NCBI GenBank assembly: GCA_013239625.1
Contig: MU053559.1
Coordinates: 2,215,205 to 2,275,200 of the forward strand
DNA length: 59,996 nucleotides
Direction of reading: 5' to 3'
DNA from: Lama guanicoe
Lineage: Eukaryota
Part shown: piece after piece, positions 48,790 to 59,996 of the stretch
Numbering within the stretch: the stretch's first letter is position 1
Layout of the letters: each line of letters starts with the position of its first letter
Made by a program: the position numbers and the translations under genes
Notes under the pieces: generated by a model
The model's database searches: none
The model's input: only the letters and a program-made list of their open reading frames with translations
What the model was told of the DNA's origin: nothing

Positions 48790-50309
48790 TGGGTCCCATC
48801 ATCCGTCTCCTAATTGAGGCTCTCGCAATTTTCATGTGTTTCCCAGCACCATCCATTTCTCCCACACACCCTCCCCTTCCACTGTGCTATTTGTCTTTGA
48901 AATTGTTGTCTCTGTTTACTGCTGTGAATACCTCGCCTCCCAGGCTCCATTGTCTTCATTCCACTAGGCTTCGTGTCCCCACTTTCCCACAAAATGACCC
49001 CGTCAAAAGTGCCCAGGACCTCCACGTTTCACATGCAGTGATGAGTCTCCATCCTTACTGAGCCTGCCGACAGGATGTGCCCCAGCTGCTCTCCTGCCAT
49101 CTTCCTCGAAATTGTTGTCTTCACTTGGCTTCCACGATGCCACACTTGGTGCTCTGCCTTCCCAGAGGGTGCTCCTTGCCAGTCTTCTTTGCTGATTCCT
49201 CCTGGCATCGCCCCAACCTCTTCTTATTCAAGTGCCTCAGTCCTCCTCCCACTTCTCTATCTGTCCTCACTCCCGAAGTCAGATTAATCTCTTGGCTTTA
49301 AACACCACTTAAACACTGATGATTTCATCTCGGAACTCTCTGCTCAATTGCAACTTCATCTCTGGCTTGGATGTCTGATTGGCATCTCAAACCCAGCGTG
49401 TCTAAAACCCAACTCTTCACTCCGCTCCGTGAACCTCCCTTCTCCTGTCATACCCAGCCTGCCCCATTTTTGGAAATGGCAGTTCCGTTCTTTCAGTTGC
49501 CCAGGCTGGAAACCCTGCAGTCGCTGTGGACTCCTCTCTTTAGCTTCTGTCTCCCGTCAGCAAATGCTCTCTGCTCTTCCCTTAAAATATATTCCAGAAT
49601 CTGACCAGTCGCCATTATCCCCACCCTAGGCCAGGCCACTGATCTTAAAGTTTATCTTCTCCTAAGGCAGTCCACTCTCCTGATCCAAAGCCTTGTATAG
49701 TATTTACTTTTCTCAGAGTAAAGAGCATAGCCCTTGAAAGATAATAACCTAGAAAGCTCTCTGTGATCTGCCCCCCCCCAGCCCCGTCCCTGCCCAACCT
49801 ACTCAGTGTCATCTCCTCCTTCTTCCCTCCTTTCCCGTTTGGCTCTAGTGACCCCGGCCTCTTTGCTGTCCCTGAAACTGACCAGGTATGATGCCACCTC
49901 AGTGCCCCCGCACAAGTTCTTTCCTCTGCCCTTACCACTCCCCGCCCCGTTTGTTGCGGGAGATCTTCATGGAACCCACTTCCTCCCTTTCTTCAGAACT
50001 TTGTTTAAATGGCTGCTTGATCAGAGAGGCCTTTCTTCCTTGATCACCCTAAACAAAATAACAGCCACCCCCACACTCCTGCGCCCACCTGCAACCCCAG
50101 GATTGTTTGCCTTCTCTATCCTGCCAGAAATCTCATCACCACCTAGCATATTTTGCATGTATTTGATCGTCTGTCCTTCCCCTCTGGACTGGAAACTCCA
50201 TGAGGTCAGAGACTTTATCTCTTGTTAAACGCTGTGTTAGCCCCTGAACCTAGCCCAGTACCTGGAAGTTAATAGAACTCAATAAAAATTTCTTCCTGAA
50301 TGACTGAAT
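48790..50309 (+). mobile_element. L2 (L2a-like) 3' ~1.5 kb
   Basis: tcacttggcttccacgat...ctggcttggatgtctgattggcatctcaaacccagcgtgtctaaaaccc...tcagagaggcctttc...ggactggaaactccatgaggtcagagac...ctcaataaaaatt...tgaatgactgaat (L2 tail). Confidence 0.9.
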
Positions 50310-50656
50310 CAATCACCCGAACGAGGTAGTCAGAAACAGGCCATGGGAAATGAGGGTTTTCCCAGGCTGGTAGGGGACCTCTCGCATCTAGAATATTCCA
50401 TGTAGTCTAAGGCACCCCCTCTCCTTCCTATTTGACCACTTTTTAAAAATTGGGATGCATAATAGAATGGACAGCCTCTCCCAAGTGCCATCTGCCAGGC
50501 AGCGGTCAAGATGCAGTTGCTGTTGCCCATGCATTGACAAAGTTGGCCATAGCCATTCACGTGGCCAACAAACAATTTAGTTGAGCTGAATTGTTGGTTC
50601 CATATATGACAGAGGGTACCTGCCATTTGATATGCTCTCAATAAGGTTACACTTAT

Positions 50657-50691
50657 CATCTTTCAACAGATGTATGGATAAAACAGTTGTG

Positions 50692-50735
<44 letters not shown>

Positions 50736-51176
50736 GACTACTACTCAGCCATAAAAAAGAATGAAATTTTGCCATTTGCAACAACTTGGATGGATGTGGA
50801 GGGTATTATGCTAAGTGAAATAAGTCAGACAGAGAAAGAGAAATATTGTATGGTGTCACTTATAGGTGAAATCTAAAAAATACAACAAACTAGTGAATAT
50901 GTAACAAAACAGAAGCAGACTCACAGATACGAGAACAAACTAGTGGTGACCAGTGTGGAGAGGGGAGAAGGGGCAAGATAGGGGGAGGGGAGGAGTAGGA
51001 ACAAGTTACTGTGGAGAAAATAAATAAGCAACAAAGGCTACATTGTACAGCACAGGGAATGTGGGCAATATTTTATTATAACTATAAATAGAGTATAACC
51101 TTCAAAAATTGTGAATCATTGTGTTGTACGCCTAAAACTTATATAATATTATACATCCACTATATCTCAAAAAAAA
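50657..51176 (+). mobile_element. L1 3' end (ORF2 C-terminus, 3' UTR, polyA)
   Basis: Encodes IKKNEILPFATTWMDVEGIMLSEISQTEKEKYCMVSLIGEI* (ORF2p end); TSD aaggttacacttat (50643-50656) / aagattacacatat (51177-51190). Confidence 0.95.
50694..50733. repeat. (AC)20 microsatellite inside L1
   Basis: Perfect dinucleotide run. Confidence 0.97.
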
Positions 51177-52164
51177 AAGATTACACATATTGAAATAAAA
51201 TTTTAGTGGCACCAAAACAAAACGTTATTGTGTACACAGAAAGAAAAGCATGCGAACGGTGGGGAGTAAATTCGATATTAGTGGAGCAAATGTTCATTGT
51301 TGGAGAAATGACTGAGGTCCCACATTCTCTTTCAAAGCAACAACTAGGAAAATACAAGTAGTTGAAGCGGTGTTATTTGTTGCCGAGATACATCCAGAGG
51401 GACTGCCAGTCACACATCAGGCAAATGTAAGCGAAGGCAGGAGAAATCGCCAAATCTCGCGGAACAAAAGCAACGAGAAAGTAGTTTGACTTGTCACTCA
51501 GGGCTGTGTTTAAGGTATTGTGTCATAGTTAATTGGCAAAGTTCGTTTCTTTCCTCCTGGTACATAAAAGAATGGGGTGTCTGGCAATCAATGACATTTC
51601 AGGTTGGGTGAAAGAGTGGGTCTCTTTTCTAGATCCTGAGATTGGAAAACCAATTTTATAAATCTTTATTTTGTCATTTATAGTTATTAGTTTACATGTT
51701 AGATTTTCTGATACCAAACGCTGCTCTTCCCTAGGCATTGAACAAAAAGGGAAGAGACTAGACCAGGTACTTGTGCTACATGTTTCTTGGTTTTTCCCAT
51801 CGAATGCCTTTCTCTGGCGTTAAATGGAGAGTTAGCATCATTGGGAATAATGACCCCAAAATGAGTTCTGACTTTGGTTGTTCATGATTAGTTTGAAGAT
51901 AAATTTTTCAGACAGCTACAGGTTTCTGTTTATCGATTTTTTTCCCTTGAAATAATTCCAGGCTCCTAAGAAGTTAGAAAAAGAGGGTCACAGGAGGTGA
52001 GCCCAGAGGCAGTGATGTTACAGAGGGAGTCACACATTGATTGTCACCTCACAGAGGAAATAATCAGGGTAAATTAATTTGTGACCTCAAACTCTCCAAC
52101 AGAGGAAGTCATCATCGATTTGTTTTTGTTTTAGCCCCAGGTTTCTGTTGAAGAAGTGGTTTTG

Positions 52165-52196
52165 TTGTAACTGACTATACGTCAATTAAAAAAAAA
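52165..52196 (+). mobile_element. L1 terminal ~30-nt remnant
   Basis: ttgtaactgactatacgtcaattaaaaaaaaa, same terminus as the other young L1s; no clear TSD. Confidence 0.7.
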
Positions 52197-52293
52197 GAGT
52201 TAAGAAATAAATTAATCCTTGGGAGTTTTATAAAGAAACACATAAACAAAGCAAATTAAAATGCACTATAAAACTCGAAATACGGCAGCTTGG

Positions 52294-52615
52294 CATTCTA
52301 GAATCACAGGATCGGAAGGGACTTCAGGTCAGCCACCCCCTGGGTAGGATGACTGTCCCTTCACCATCCCTGCCAACCTGGTATTCCTGCTCTTCCAAAG
52401 GCCCTCCTCTGCCTGGGACCTCAGTCCGGATTCCACGTGGTGAGGCTTTTCTTACCCACACATCCGACAACAGCCAGTTACCTCTTTGCTTTCCTTCCGC
52501 TTCAATAAGTTGAGATCCTTTAATCCTGTAGTGGTTTCAGTACTTTCCCTCACTCCCCTGCTTCTCGCCTCTCCCCAGGCTGCAGTTTTTTGATGGCTTG
52601 GCCACATCCTGGAGA
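52294..52615 (-). mobile_element. L3/CR1 LINE 3' fragment
   Basis: tagaatcacaggatcggaagggacttcaggtca...accatccctgccaacctggtattc resembles the reverse CR1/L3 3' end. Confidence 0.55.
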
Positions 52616-53280
52616 GAGGATAATGATGGATCAGCTACACGCGAGAGGGAGCTGAGAGATACATTTTTGGAAAAATAATGACAAAGAGGATTTGGTACAA
52701 GATTAGAAACAAAAGCTCGCTATGAAAATCATGTTTCGCAAATGAAATCGTGCCCTCCCTTTCTGGTTTCTCTTTCCCATTTCTGTTATTTATTCCCTTC
52801 CACCAGCCAGACTTCCAGGGTGTGGTCTGCACTGCCAGGGGCCCCAACACCCCCTTCTCCCCAGCCCGAGCCTCCTACTCACTTCTTGTTTTCTGCCTCG
52901 CTGACTCTCTTCCCTCATCACCTCCCAGCCGAGACCACCACCAGCATCGTCACAGCCACCTCCACCACTGGCCTTGCCTGGGTGCCTGGCTTCTAAATTT
53001 CTTTGGGTGCTGTTTGTGATTTCTCTCCCCTATTGCTAGATGAGGACCTCAGCAGAATTAGGGACTGATTTACAAAGTCTTAAATTCACTTAGACTTAGC
53101 ATCCATTATGCCTTGGGAAATTCTGCTTCTCCTCGTGTAAAACATTGCAGTGGTAAACCACCCCCCTGCCCCTCCCCCCCACTCCAAACATTTGGTATAT
53201 TGGGGAGCAGAAGGAGCCCAGGCAGGGTACCCCCAAGGACTCTTCTTTTCTGAGCATTCCCACTCTGAGGATTTTTTAAA

Positions 53281-53700
53281 TTCGTTTTCATATTTTTTTC
53301 ATTAAAGGTTATTATTACAAGATATTGAACATACTTCCTGGTGCTATACAGCAGAAACTTCTTTTTAATCTATTTTTATATATAGTGGCTAACATTTGTA
53401 AATCTCAAACTCCCAAATTTATCCCTTCCCACTCACTTTCCCCAGTAACCGTAAGATTGTTTACTATGTCTGCGAATCTGTTTCTCTTTTGTAGATGAGT
53501 TCATAGTGTCCTATTTTTCTTTTTTTTCTTTTTAGATTTCACGTATGAATGATATCATATGGTATTTTTCTTTCTCTTTCTGACTCACTTCACTTAGAAA
53601 GATCATCTCCAGGTCCATCCATGTTGCTGCAAATGGCATTATTTTATTCTTTTTTATGGCCGAGTAGTATTCCATTGTATAAATATACCACAACTCTTAT
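53281..53700 (-). mobile_element. Young L1 3' region lacking the extreme 3' terminus
   Basis: tacaagatattgaac...gatatcatatggtatttttc...tctccaggtccatccatgttgctgcaaatggcattattttattc. Confidence 0.92.
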
Positions 53701-56147
53701 ATATGAGAATTGATAAGATCTTTGTTTCAATGTCTTCTCCTGCAGCTATACTTATAACATTTGAAGAAAGAGAAAGAACTAAAATATGAATTGAAAAATT
53801 TCTGAACACTTCTTCCCTTGAGGTAGATACAAGTCAGGATGTGACAAAATTAGGTTTGGGAATCTAATTTCTACTAAATAAGAAACTAGAGATTTTAAGT
53901 AGGGAGAGGACGGACTTGAAAGGGAGGAAGTCAAATACTGTAATATTGTTAAGTTGGCTGGAGTCGGGTGGCAGGTACCTTGGGGGCTGGGGAATAGAGA
54001 TCCAGCTCACCTGGTCTGGAAACAGATCTAGTTCCCTTGATATGAACCCAATGTTGGTATATTTTTGTAGACAATGTGAATATATCTTGACTAAAATCTC
54101 CAAACTGTTCAAGTAGATAGGCAGATTTGGAGGTAGGTAAAACCGGGCATACAAATGGGTCATCCCTAAACAGCTCTTCCTTCCCAATTACAATTTCTGA
54201 CTCGAGAAACACATAGGCATGGAAAAGTTCAAAGCTTTCGCCTCTTCGGAGTGGTCTTGAAAGAATTTATTTGGAGACCTTAAGAAAGGTCATGCTAGAA
54301 CAAAAAACACTGTTCCATAAATAGACGTGAACTTTGGAAAACCTGACAGTGTGATAGACACTCTTCTTGAGCGCCTGTGTGTGGAATATTCGGTGAGGAT
54401 CCTACAAACCATAGGGTGCATTGGCCTCTGTACGTAATTTCTATACCTATGTTGAAAAGAAAAAAAAAACCATGTGTAAATAACCAAAGGGTCAATGCAT
54501 TTTAGCTCGCTGGTGTAGTGAAACATGGAAATGTGTCAGTAGAATTCAAAATATGCTGTTTTGACTTCCTCATGCATCGACTTGCCCAGGAGTACAAAAT
54601 ATTTGGTCATTGGAGCCTTTTTCTTTAGATAGCTAGTTTTTCCCTTGGTAATGTTTATGCTCCACAAATAACTAAATAGATTGCATTAAAAATACAGCAG
54701 AAAAGGACATACCTTTCAATAAGTCTAGTTGGATAATGCACCCTGACTATACATAACTGAGCTATGGTCTTATTCTCTATGTAAGTTAAAAAAAAAAGCG
54801 CCACTCTGATTTTTATATGTTTTGATCCATCCTTCTCTCAGTATCACTCCTAATAAATTCTTTTTTCCCTGAATACATTTTTTAATTGATGAGGATCCAC
54901 TTATTTCAGCAGAAGGCAGTTTAAAAGTTTGATGTGACGACTTGATTCTCCCCGAAAACTATCCCCGAGGGTTTGCTGTTGGTCGCAGCATTCGCATTGG
55001 GATGCTCTCGAGGTTCAACTGGTTTCTGAACGATTGTTTTCATAAACTCAGAATTTTGCTTCCAGCGCTCACGGCTTGATGGCTTATAACCTAGTCTCTA
55101 CCCAGGATCAGCCATACTTGTCTTCCCACTTGTCTCTAAGGGCCAAAGATTATCTCACAGAAGCTCCAAAATAATTGCTGTGTCTGAAATTCACGTGTCA
55201 AAGGAAATTTTTAAAGGGAAGAGGGTGCGGATTGAGTTCAAACGCCTCAGAAGTTTTGTCAAGGATTATATTGATTAACAAAAGCACTCCAGTATCACCC
55301 GGCAGACACGGGAGAGAAGGCAGTGATTGTAATTAGTTTTTAGTGAGTGCCACATATTTGATAATTGCTCTGATTCACGCTATTATATTCCTCTTTCTTC
55401 ACCCACAGCAAAACAAGCTTAATTTGATTCATACCCTTAGGAAGAAAAAAAAAAGCCTAAGATTACTCACATGGCTGTGATTCAGCTCTTGGCTCCCACC
55501 TCCTCCTCCTCCCTTTCTCCCACCCTGCCCACTCCCATATTCACTCCCACCCAGTGGCGTTGCCATCAGAAAACTGAGTCAGTTCATTCTTTCAAATGGG
55601 TGGGGACAGACGACAACTAATACAAACTTTTCTGAGCGAAGTGTACTGCTGAGATCTGAAATCACGGCAGGAAGACGGGCAGAGTGGCTGCTTACATAAC
55701 ATGAAAAGCATGGAACGGAGGCAAACTCTCATAAAGAAATGTTAAGATCGTCTTATGTAAGTCTAGACATAGTTTGTGTGCACGTCTGTAGAGGCAGACT
55801 CATAGCCACCTAGGGCAGCTTTCTATGAACATTTTCTAATACTGGGGCTCTGACGTCCACTGTATCTAAAAGGAGTCTTCTGATCTCAAAGTAGGATGCT
55901 TCGCTATCATCAAAAAGCCAGTCTAGCAGTTATCCAAAAATTTCTGATCGCTGCCAAACATAGGTGATAGAGTCATTTTGTCAGCCTTCAAATGAACAGT
56001 GTGACTTAGAAGCCTAAGATTGTTGGGGTTCCCCCCACTGAGGATTTGGAAGATTGGTACTGGGGGTGGCAGCTCACCCCCAGTGAGCTGATGGTGGTGG
56101 CAGACATTACTGACGTCGTGATCTCTTTCCTTCTGTGTATTTGCTCA

Positions 56148-56262
56148 TTTATCCCCCTTCTCCCGATGACACCAAAGCCTGGGTGAAACGAAGTCAGTTT
56201 CCCAAGTCCCCGGAGGTAATAGTCCCAGAGCCAGTATTGAAACCCAGGCTGTCTGTCTACAT
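56148..56262 (-). mobile_element. MIR fragment
   Basis: ttatcccc...gatgac...aagtcagtttcccaagtcc...cagagccagtattgaaacccaggctgtctg. Confidence 0.7.
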
Positions 56263-57566
56263 CCTGACCTGTAGTTGTGGTTCGTGGGAACCCGACACAG
56301 TTGGATCATTTGGTGTTTTAGAGATTGTCTGGAGACGGGAGTGGTTGACCGAGAGGGAGCTCTATGCCCAAGCTCCAAACCTGCCTTTCACTGCACTGTT
56401 GCATCTCGGGTCTCTGTGCGTCTTCCTTCTAACTGACTTCCCGGATGGAGGGGAATGGAATCAAGCCTTCCCCCAGATACTCATTTGTAATCCTAATCAC
56501 CTCCTCTCCGTTCTGCTGGCTGTCCCTGCGTTATGTTACCATCTGTCTCAGAAACATTGCCTGGATAAAGACAAGTTGGAGCAGTTGCTCGCCCTCAAAC
56601 AAAACAGAGAATTATTTCTCTTTTCCCCCAGAGCAGTATATTGGAGCACCATATTTGAGGGAGTTCCATATTTATAAAGCTTGCCCGCACCTCAGCGATG
56701 TCTGGTTGCTGTCCTTTTTATCATTCGTCAAGTATGTTCTATGCTGGCTGGAAACGATTAGCTTTTGTTACTGGAGGGTTTGTGGGATGCTTGAATTTCT
56801 TCATATAGTTTTTACATGGAAATCCACGTAGTTTTCTCCTTAAAGAAATGAAATTTCTTAATGAAAGACAGCATAGGAGAGAATGCATGTATGTTTCCTT
56901 TCGGACCCCACCCTGCACACCCTCCCTCCATGGTTTTCCCTTAGGGTAACTATGCTGGGATTTTATGTCGTGACCCTGGAGAGAGAATAAACAGTGGATC
57001 TCGGGTGCCTTTTTCTGGGTGGGAAACCACTTCCTCATGCCTCTTGTTTGGGGGCCCCTTGTTGATGTCAGGGGTGGTGTGTGCTCTGTCCCAACAGGGC
57101 TGTCGTATTTGCCTCAGTCTCTGACCTATTCACCTTCTTCTCTGGCCGATGAGTTTCTGTATCTTGACCCATCTGGGCTGACTGGAGTGGAAATTCTTCT
57201 TGAATGTCTTCCCCAGCTGGCCCCAGCCCGATCCTTCACTGGCTTTTGGAAACTCCGAGAAGTTTGGATAGAAAGGTCCCAACAGATGTCAAATGTAAAA
57301 CCGGATGAGTACTTAAACCACTGAAACTCTGGGAGGAAAATACGGGTTGACTAGGTGTTTGTCATCATTAGTAAAATAATCACAAGTGATTCTTTTGGAA
57401 AAAGTTTTGGAATTGTGTTTTCCTCATGCAGAAATGTTATTTAGAAAATGACTAAGGTGTGTGTTACTCTAAAACGATGATGCAAAGAGCAGGTAAAGGG
57501 TAGAGGTTGGATGATAATAATAAGAGAACGGCCAGTCCTCACACAGCACACGTCCATAGATTATAT

Positions 57567-57700
57567 ATATTTTAAATTTTGGGATGTGGGGAAGGTAATT
57601 AGGTTTATTTATTTATTTTAATGGCAGTACTGGGGATTGAACCTGGGACCTTGTGCATGCTAGGCACGCACTCTGCCACTGAGCTCTACCCTCCCCCGGT
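57567..57700 (-). mobile_element. vic-1-type SINE inserted in a MIR remnant (about 57510-57785)
   Basis: ggggaaggtaattaggtttatttatt...ggggattgaacctgggacc...ccactgagctctaccctcccc; TSD catagattatat (57555-57566) / catatattatat (57701-57712); flank agccaggattcaaacccc...gtctggctccag is MIR-like. Confidence 0.92.
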
Positions 57701-58683
57701 CATATATTATATTTTTAATCCAGATGCCACAGTGAGGTATAGCCAAGCCAGGATTCAAACCCCAGCAAGTCTGGCTCCAGGCTTTGAAAATATCTTACAG
57801 GTTCTTTGAGCTGCCAAAAATTTAGGTGTTTGATTTTATTAATATGCTGTTTTCATAGTCTGTGTTTATTTCCATCAAAAGCCATATAATTATAGATTTT
57901 ACGTTCTTTATGTATTGTAGAAAGGTAACTTTAAGCCAACCATTTTACTGACAAAAGCCAGTGGCTAGATTAATACATCCCTGTTGAAGTATGAATATGT
58001 TTTCAGAACCGAATGAGAAATACGTGCACAGAGTTAAAATGGAAAGGTGTTGAAAGTGTAATTTGGAAATGCACTGCCAAATTGTTTTGTGTGGATTTAA
58101 TTTCTGGAGCTCAGTGGGTTTATTCCAGTAAAACCCTGAAGGGTCACTTTTTGCGAAGGGCAGAGTCACCTCCCGAATGAACTGAATTTCATTGTTTCTG
58201 TGTATATCCCTTTTGTCTGCCCTCCACTACCAATTGGAAAATTAGATAGTTGAACATTTTTCTGTATTATAGAAATAGAATGTATTATTTTATTTTATGA
58301 CAAAATTAGCTCTCCATCAAGGCGTAATCAACAATAAATGTCGAGCCTTGGTCCAAGCAGTTGCTGACTTTGCTCAAGGCTAAAGGAAGTGTGCTGAGAG
58401 GAGATAACTGTAGTTAAACTGCTCAGACCGAGCCTTCCAGATTTTTTGTGTGGGGACTTGCACTTCTTATTACTGCATTCTTCCTGTCTGTGTAATACCT
58501 GGGAACAATTTATTCCATGTGATGCCACCCCCGTCTTGGTAGTAAACTTTTTTTTTTTATTGAAGAGGAAGACTTTTAGGCATGCCAATTTATTTAATCG
58601 GATTTTTTTCAGATGACATTTGAAGATTTTTCAAGTTTTTATTTTGCAGCTTGTAGGCAGGTTGGGATTAAAGGACAGTACAG

Positions 58684-58684
<1 letters not shown>

Positions 58685-58725
<41 letters not shown>

Positions 58726-58756
58726 GTTTGTGTGTGAGAGAAAGAGAGAGAGAGAG
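58685..58756. repeat. Compound (TG)n-(GA)n microsatellite
   Basis: Directly visible. Confidence 0.95.
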
Positions 58757-58829
58757 ATTTGTATTGCATATATGTTTGTGTGTGAGTGGCTCACGTTAGA
58801 ATGTGCAGTAAATGCAAAAGTGAAATCTG

Positions 58830-59560
58830 CAACATAGCGCTCTTGCCCCCTGACCACTTCCTAAAGAACCTGCCATGTGGGCTGCAGGCTTAAAGACTTA
58901 TGCTTAGATCCTCAGGATGGAAAGAGTCGGAGTCCCCCACCCCCGCCCCCTGCTTCCTGGTAAAAGCCTCCAGCAGACCTAAAATTATAAAACTGGTTTA
59001 CTGCTGTCATGTGAACTCAAATGTTCGGTTAGCCTCCGTTGTAAAAATTTCAGCAAACAATTACGAAGTTTTAAATATTTGGGAATAGGACCAGCGCCTT
59101 GCCGCCCCTTAAAAATAATCCTGCAACTTTCTCCTGTACGGAATCCAATTCTTTGAAACCATTTAGAACGTGCATTCTGATCCTGAAATGTACGAGTTAT
59201 AAAGGAAAAAAAAATGTGAGCTTGTCAGATGAACTACAATCATCAGTCTAATAAAACTGAGTCACATCCAAATGGGCTGCACTTACGCTACCCTCCCATT
59301 CTGGGGAAAACGTGGCTGGGGGAGGCAGGCTGAGTCATCACCTGGTTTGTTTGACATACGCTTCCTTCCATAAATTGGGAATGGCAAGCAGCACGATGTT
59401 CCGGGCTTGCCTCGGAGGAGCTCTTGCAGCTTGCACGATCAAAATAGGGCCTTTTAGGTTTGAAGGTTGAAACGGAGCCCATGTTTTGGCTTCAGATGTC
59501 GGGGGAGGGGGAGATACCGACAGACACAAACAAGGAACAAATGTAAGTACCGTTTTGGTG
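58830..59560. promoter_or_regulatory. Candidate enhancer or promoter-proximal region
   Basis: TE-free and CpG-retaining; TGAGTCA at 59258-59264 and 59331-59337, GC boxes near 58942 and 59101, ACGTG at 59168 and 59310. Confidence 0.4.
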
Positions 59561-59996
59561 GGGAGGGGGGGGTGTCAAAAGAAAAAGTGAGGGTATTTAC
59601 AGTTGAATTTTTCCTTGGACATAAAAAAGATTTAGGAAATAAATTGAGAGTGTTAAAATGAAAATAAATTGGTAGCTAGTTCACTAAGTGGGAGCTCATT
59701 TACTTAACAAGAACGGTCTTGATGTGAAAAGTCCAAAATGATTATGCGCGAGAGAACGAAGAGGGAGAAAGAAAAGGGGAGAAGAGTGATGTGTGTTTAA
59801 TTTTGCCTGATGTATCCAACCATTTTGAGAGAAATGTATTTCATGGGAAAAAAAAAACACTTTTTCAGGGCAGACTTTGAATCTCCTTTAGGGGTATTTT
59901 GAGGGGCAGAGAAGAGCTGGGGCTTGTGTGTCTCCCGTATTTTCCTACCGTGGCTTTGCAAAAAGGCTCACCCGGGTTGTTTTTTTTTTTTTTTTT

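Noticed and set aside
2756..53700. Many similar ~200-bp segments as a CRISPR-like or novel dispersed repeat
   Set aside because: They are independent 5'-truncated L1 3' ends with individual TSDs; no repeat-spacer periodicity, and the DNA is mammalian.
56135..56831. 180 aa and 128 aa ORFs
   Set aside because: The first starts inside a MIR with a non-ATG codon; no recognisable motif or convincing exon boundaries.
1..59996. Window-wide enrichment of TGA(G/C)TCA
   Set aside because: Roughly a dozen exact sites by eye against about 7 expected under uniform composition; not convincing without a proper background model.
59980..59996. PolyT at the window end
   Set aside because: Truncated by the window; cannot tell a retroelement tail from a simple run.

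Overview
Eukaryotic (mammalian) genomic DNA, most likely camelid, judged from four tRNA-derived vic-1-type SINEs and many artiodactyl/camelid-type L1 3' ends. I see no intact protein-coding gene, RNA gene or CRISPR array. The long ORFs in the track are explained by L1/L2 remnants or stop-poor GC-rich sequence. Much of the window is decayed transposons (old and young L1, L2, L3/CR1, MIR, MaLR/MLT1 LTRs, hAT MER5/MER20/MER58). These alternate with TE-poor blocks carrying CTCF, AP-1, CRE, STAT and ISRE-like motifs. The most notable candidate is a colinear series of + strand exon-like remnants at about 0.7-8.2 kb. Their translations resemble the C-terminal channel region of a polycystin-1 family (PKDREJ-like) protein, but appear intron-containing and disabled. 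This rests on by-eye comparison with remembered sequences and needs an HMM/tblastn test. Other points: nested insertions with clean target-site duplications (TSDs), an internally inverted L1, a short 3' transduction candidate, a possible GC-biased gene conversion fossil, and strong antisense bias of L1/SINEs over the first 40 kb. Repeat boundaries without TSDs are approximate and subfamily names are by-eye.
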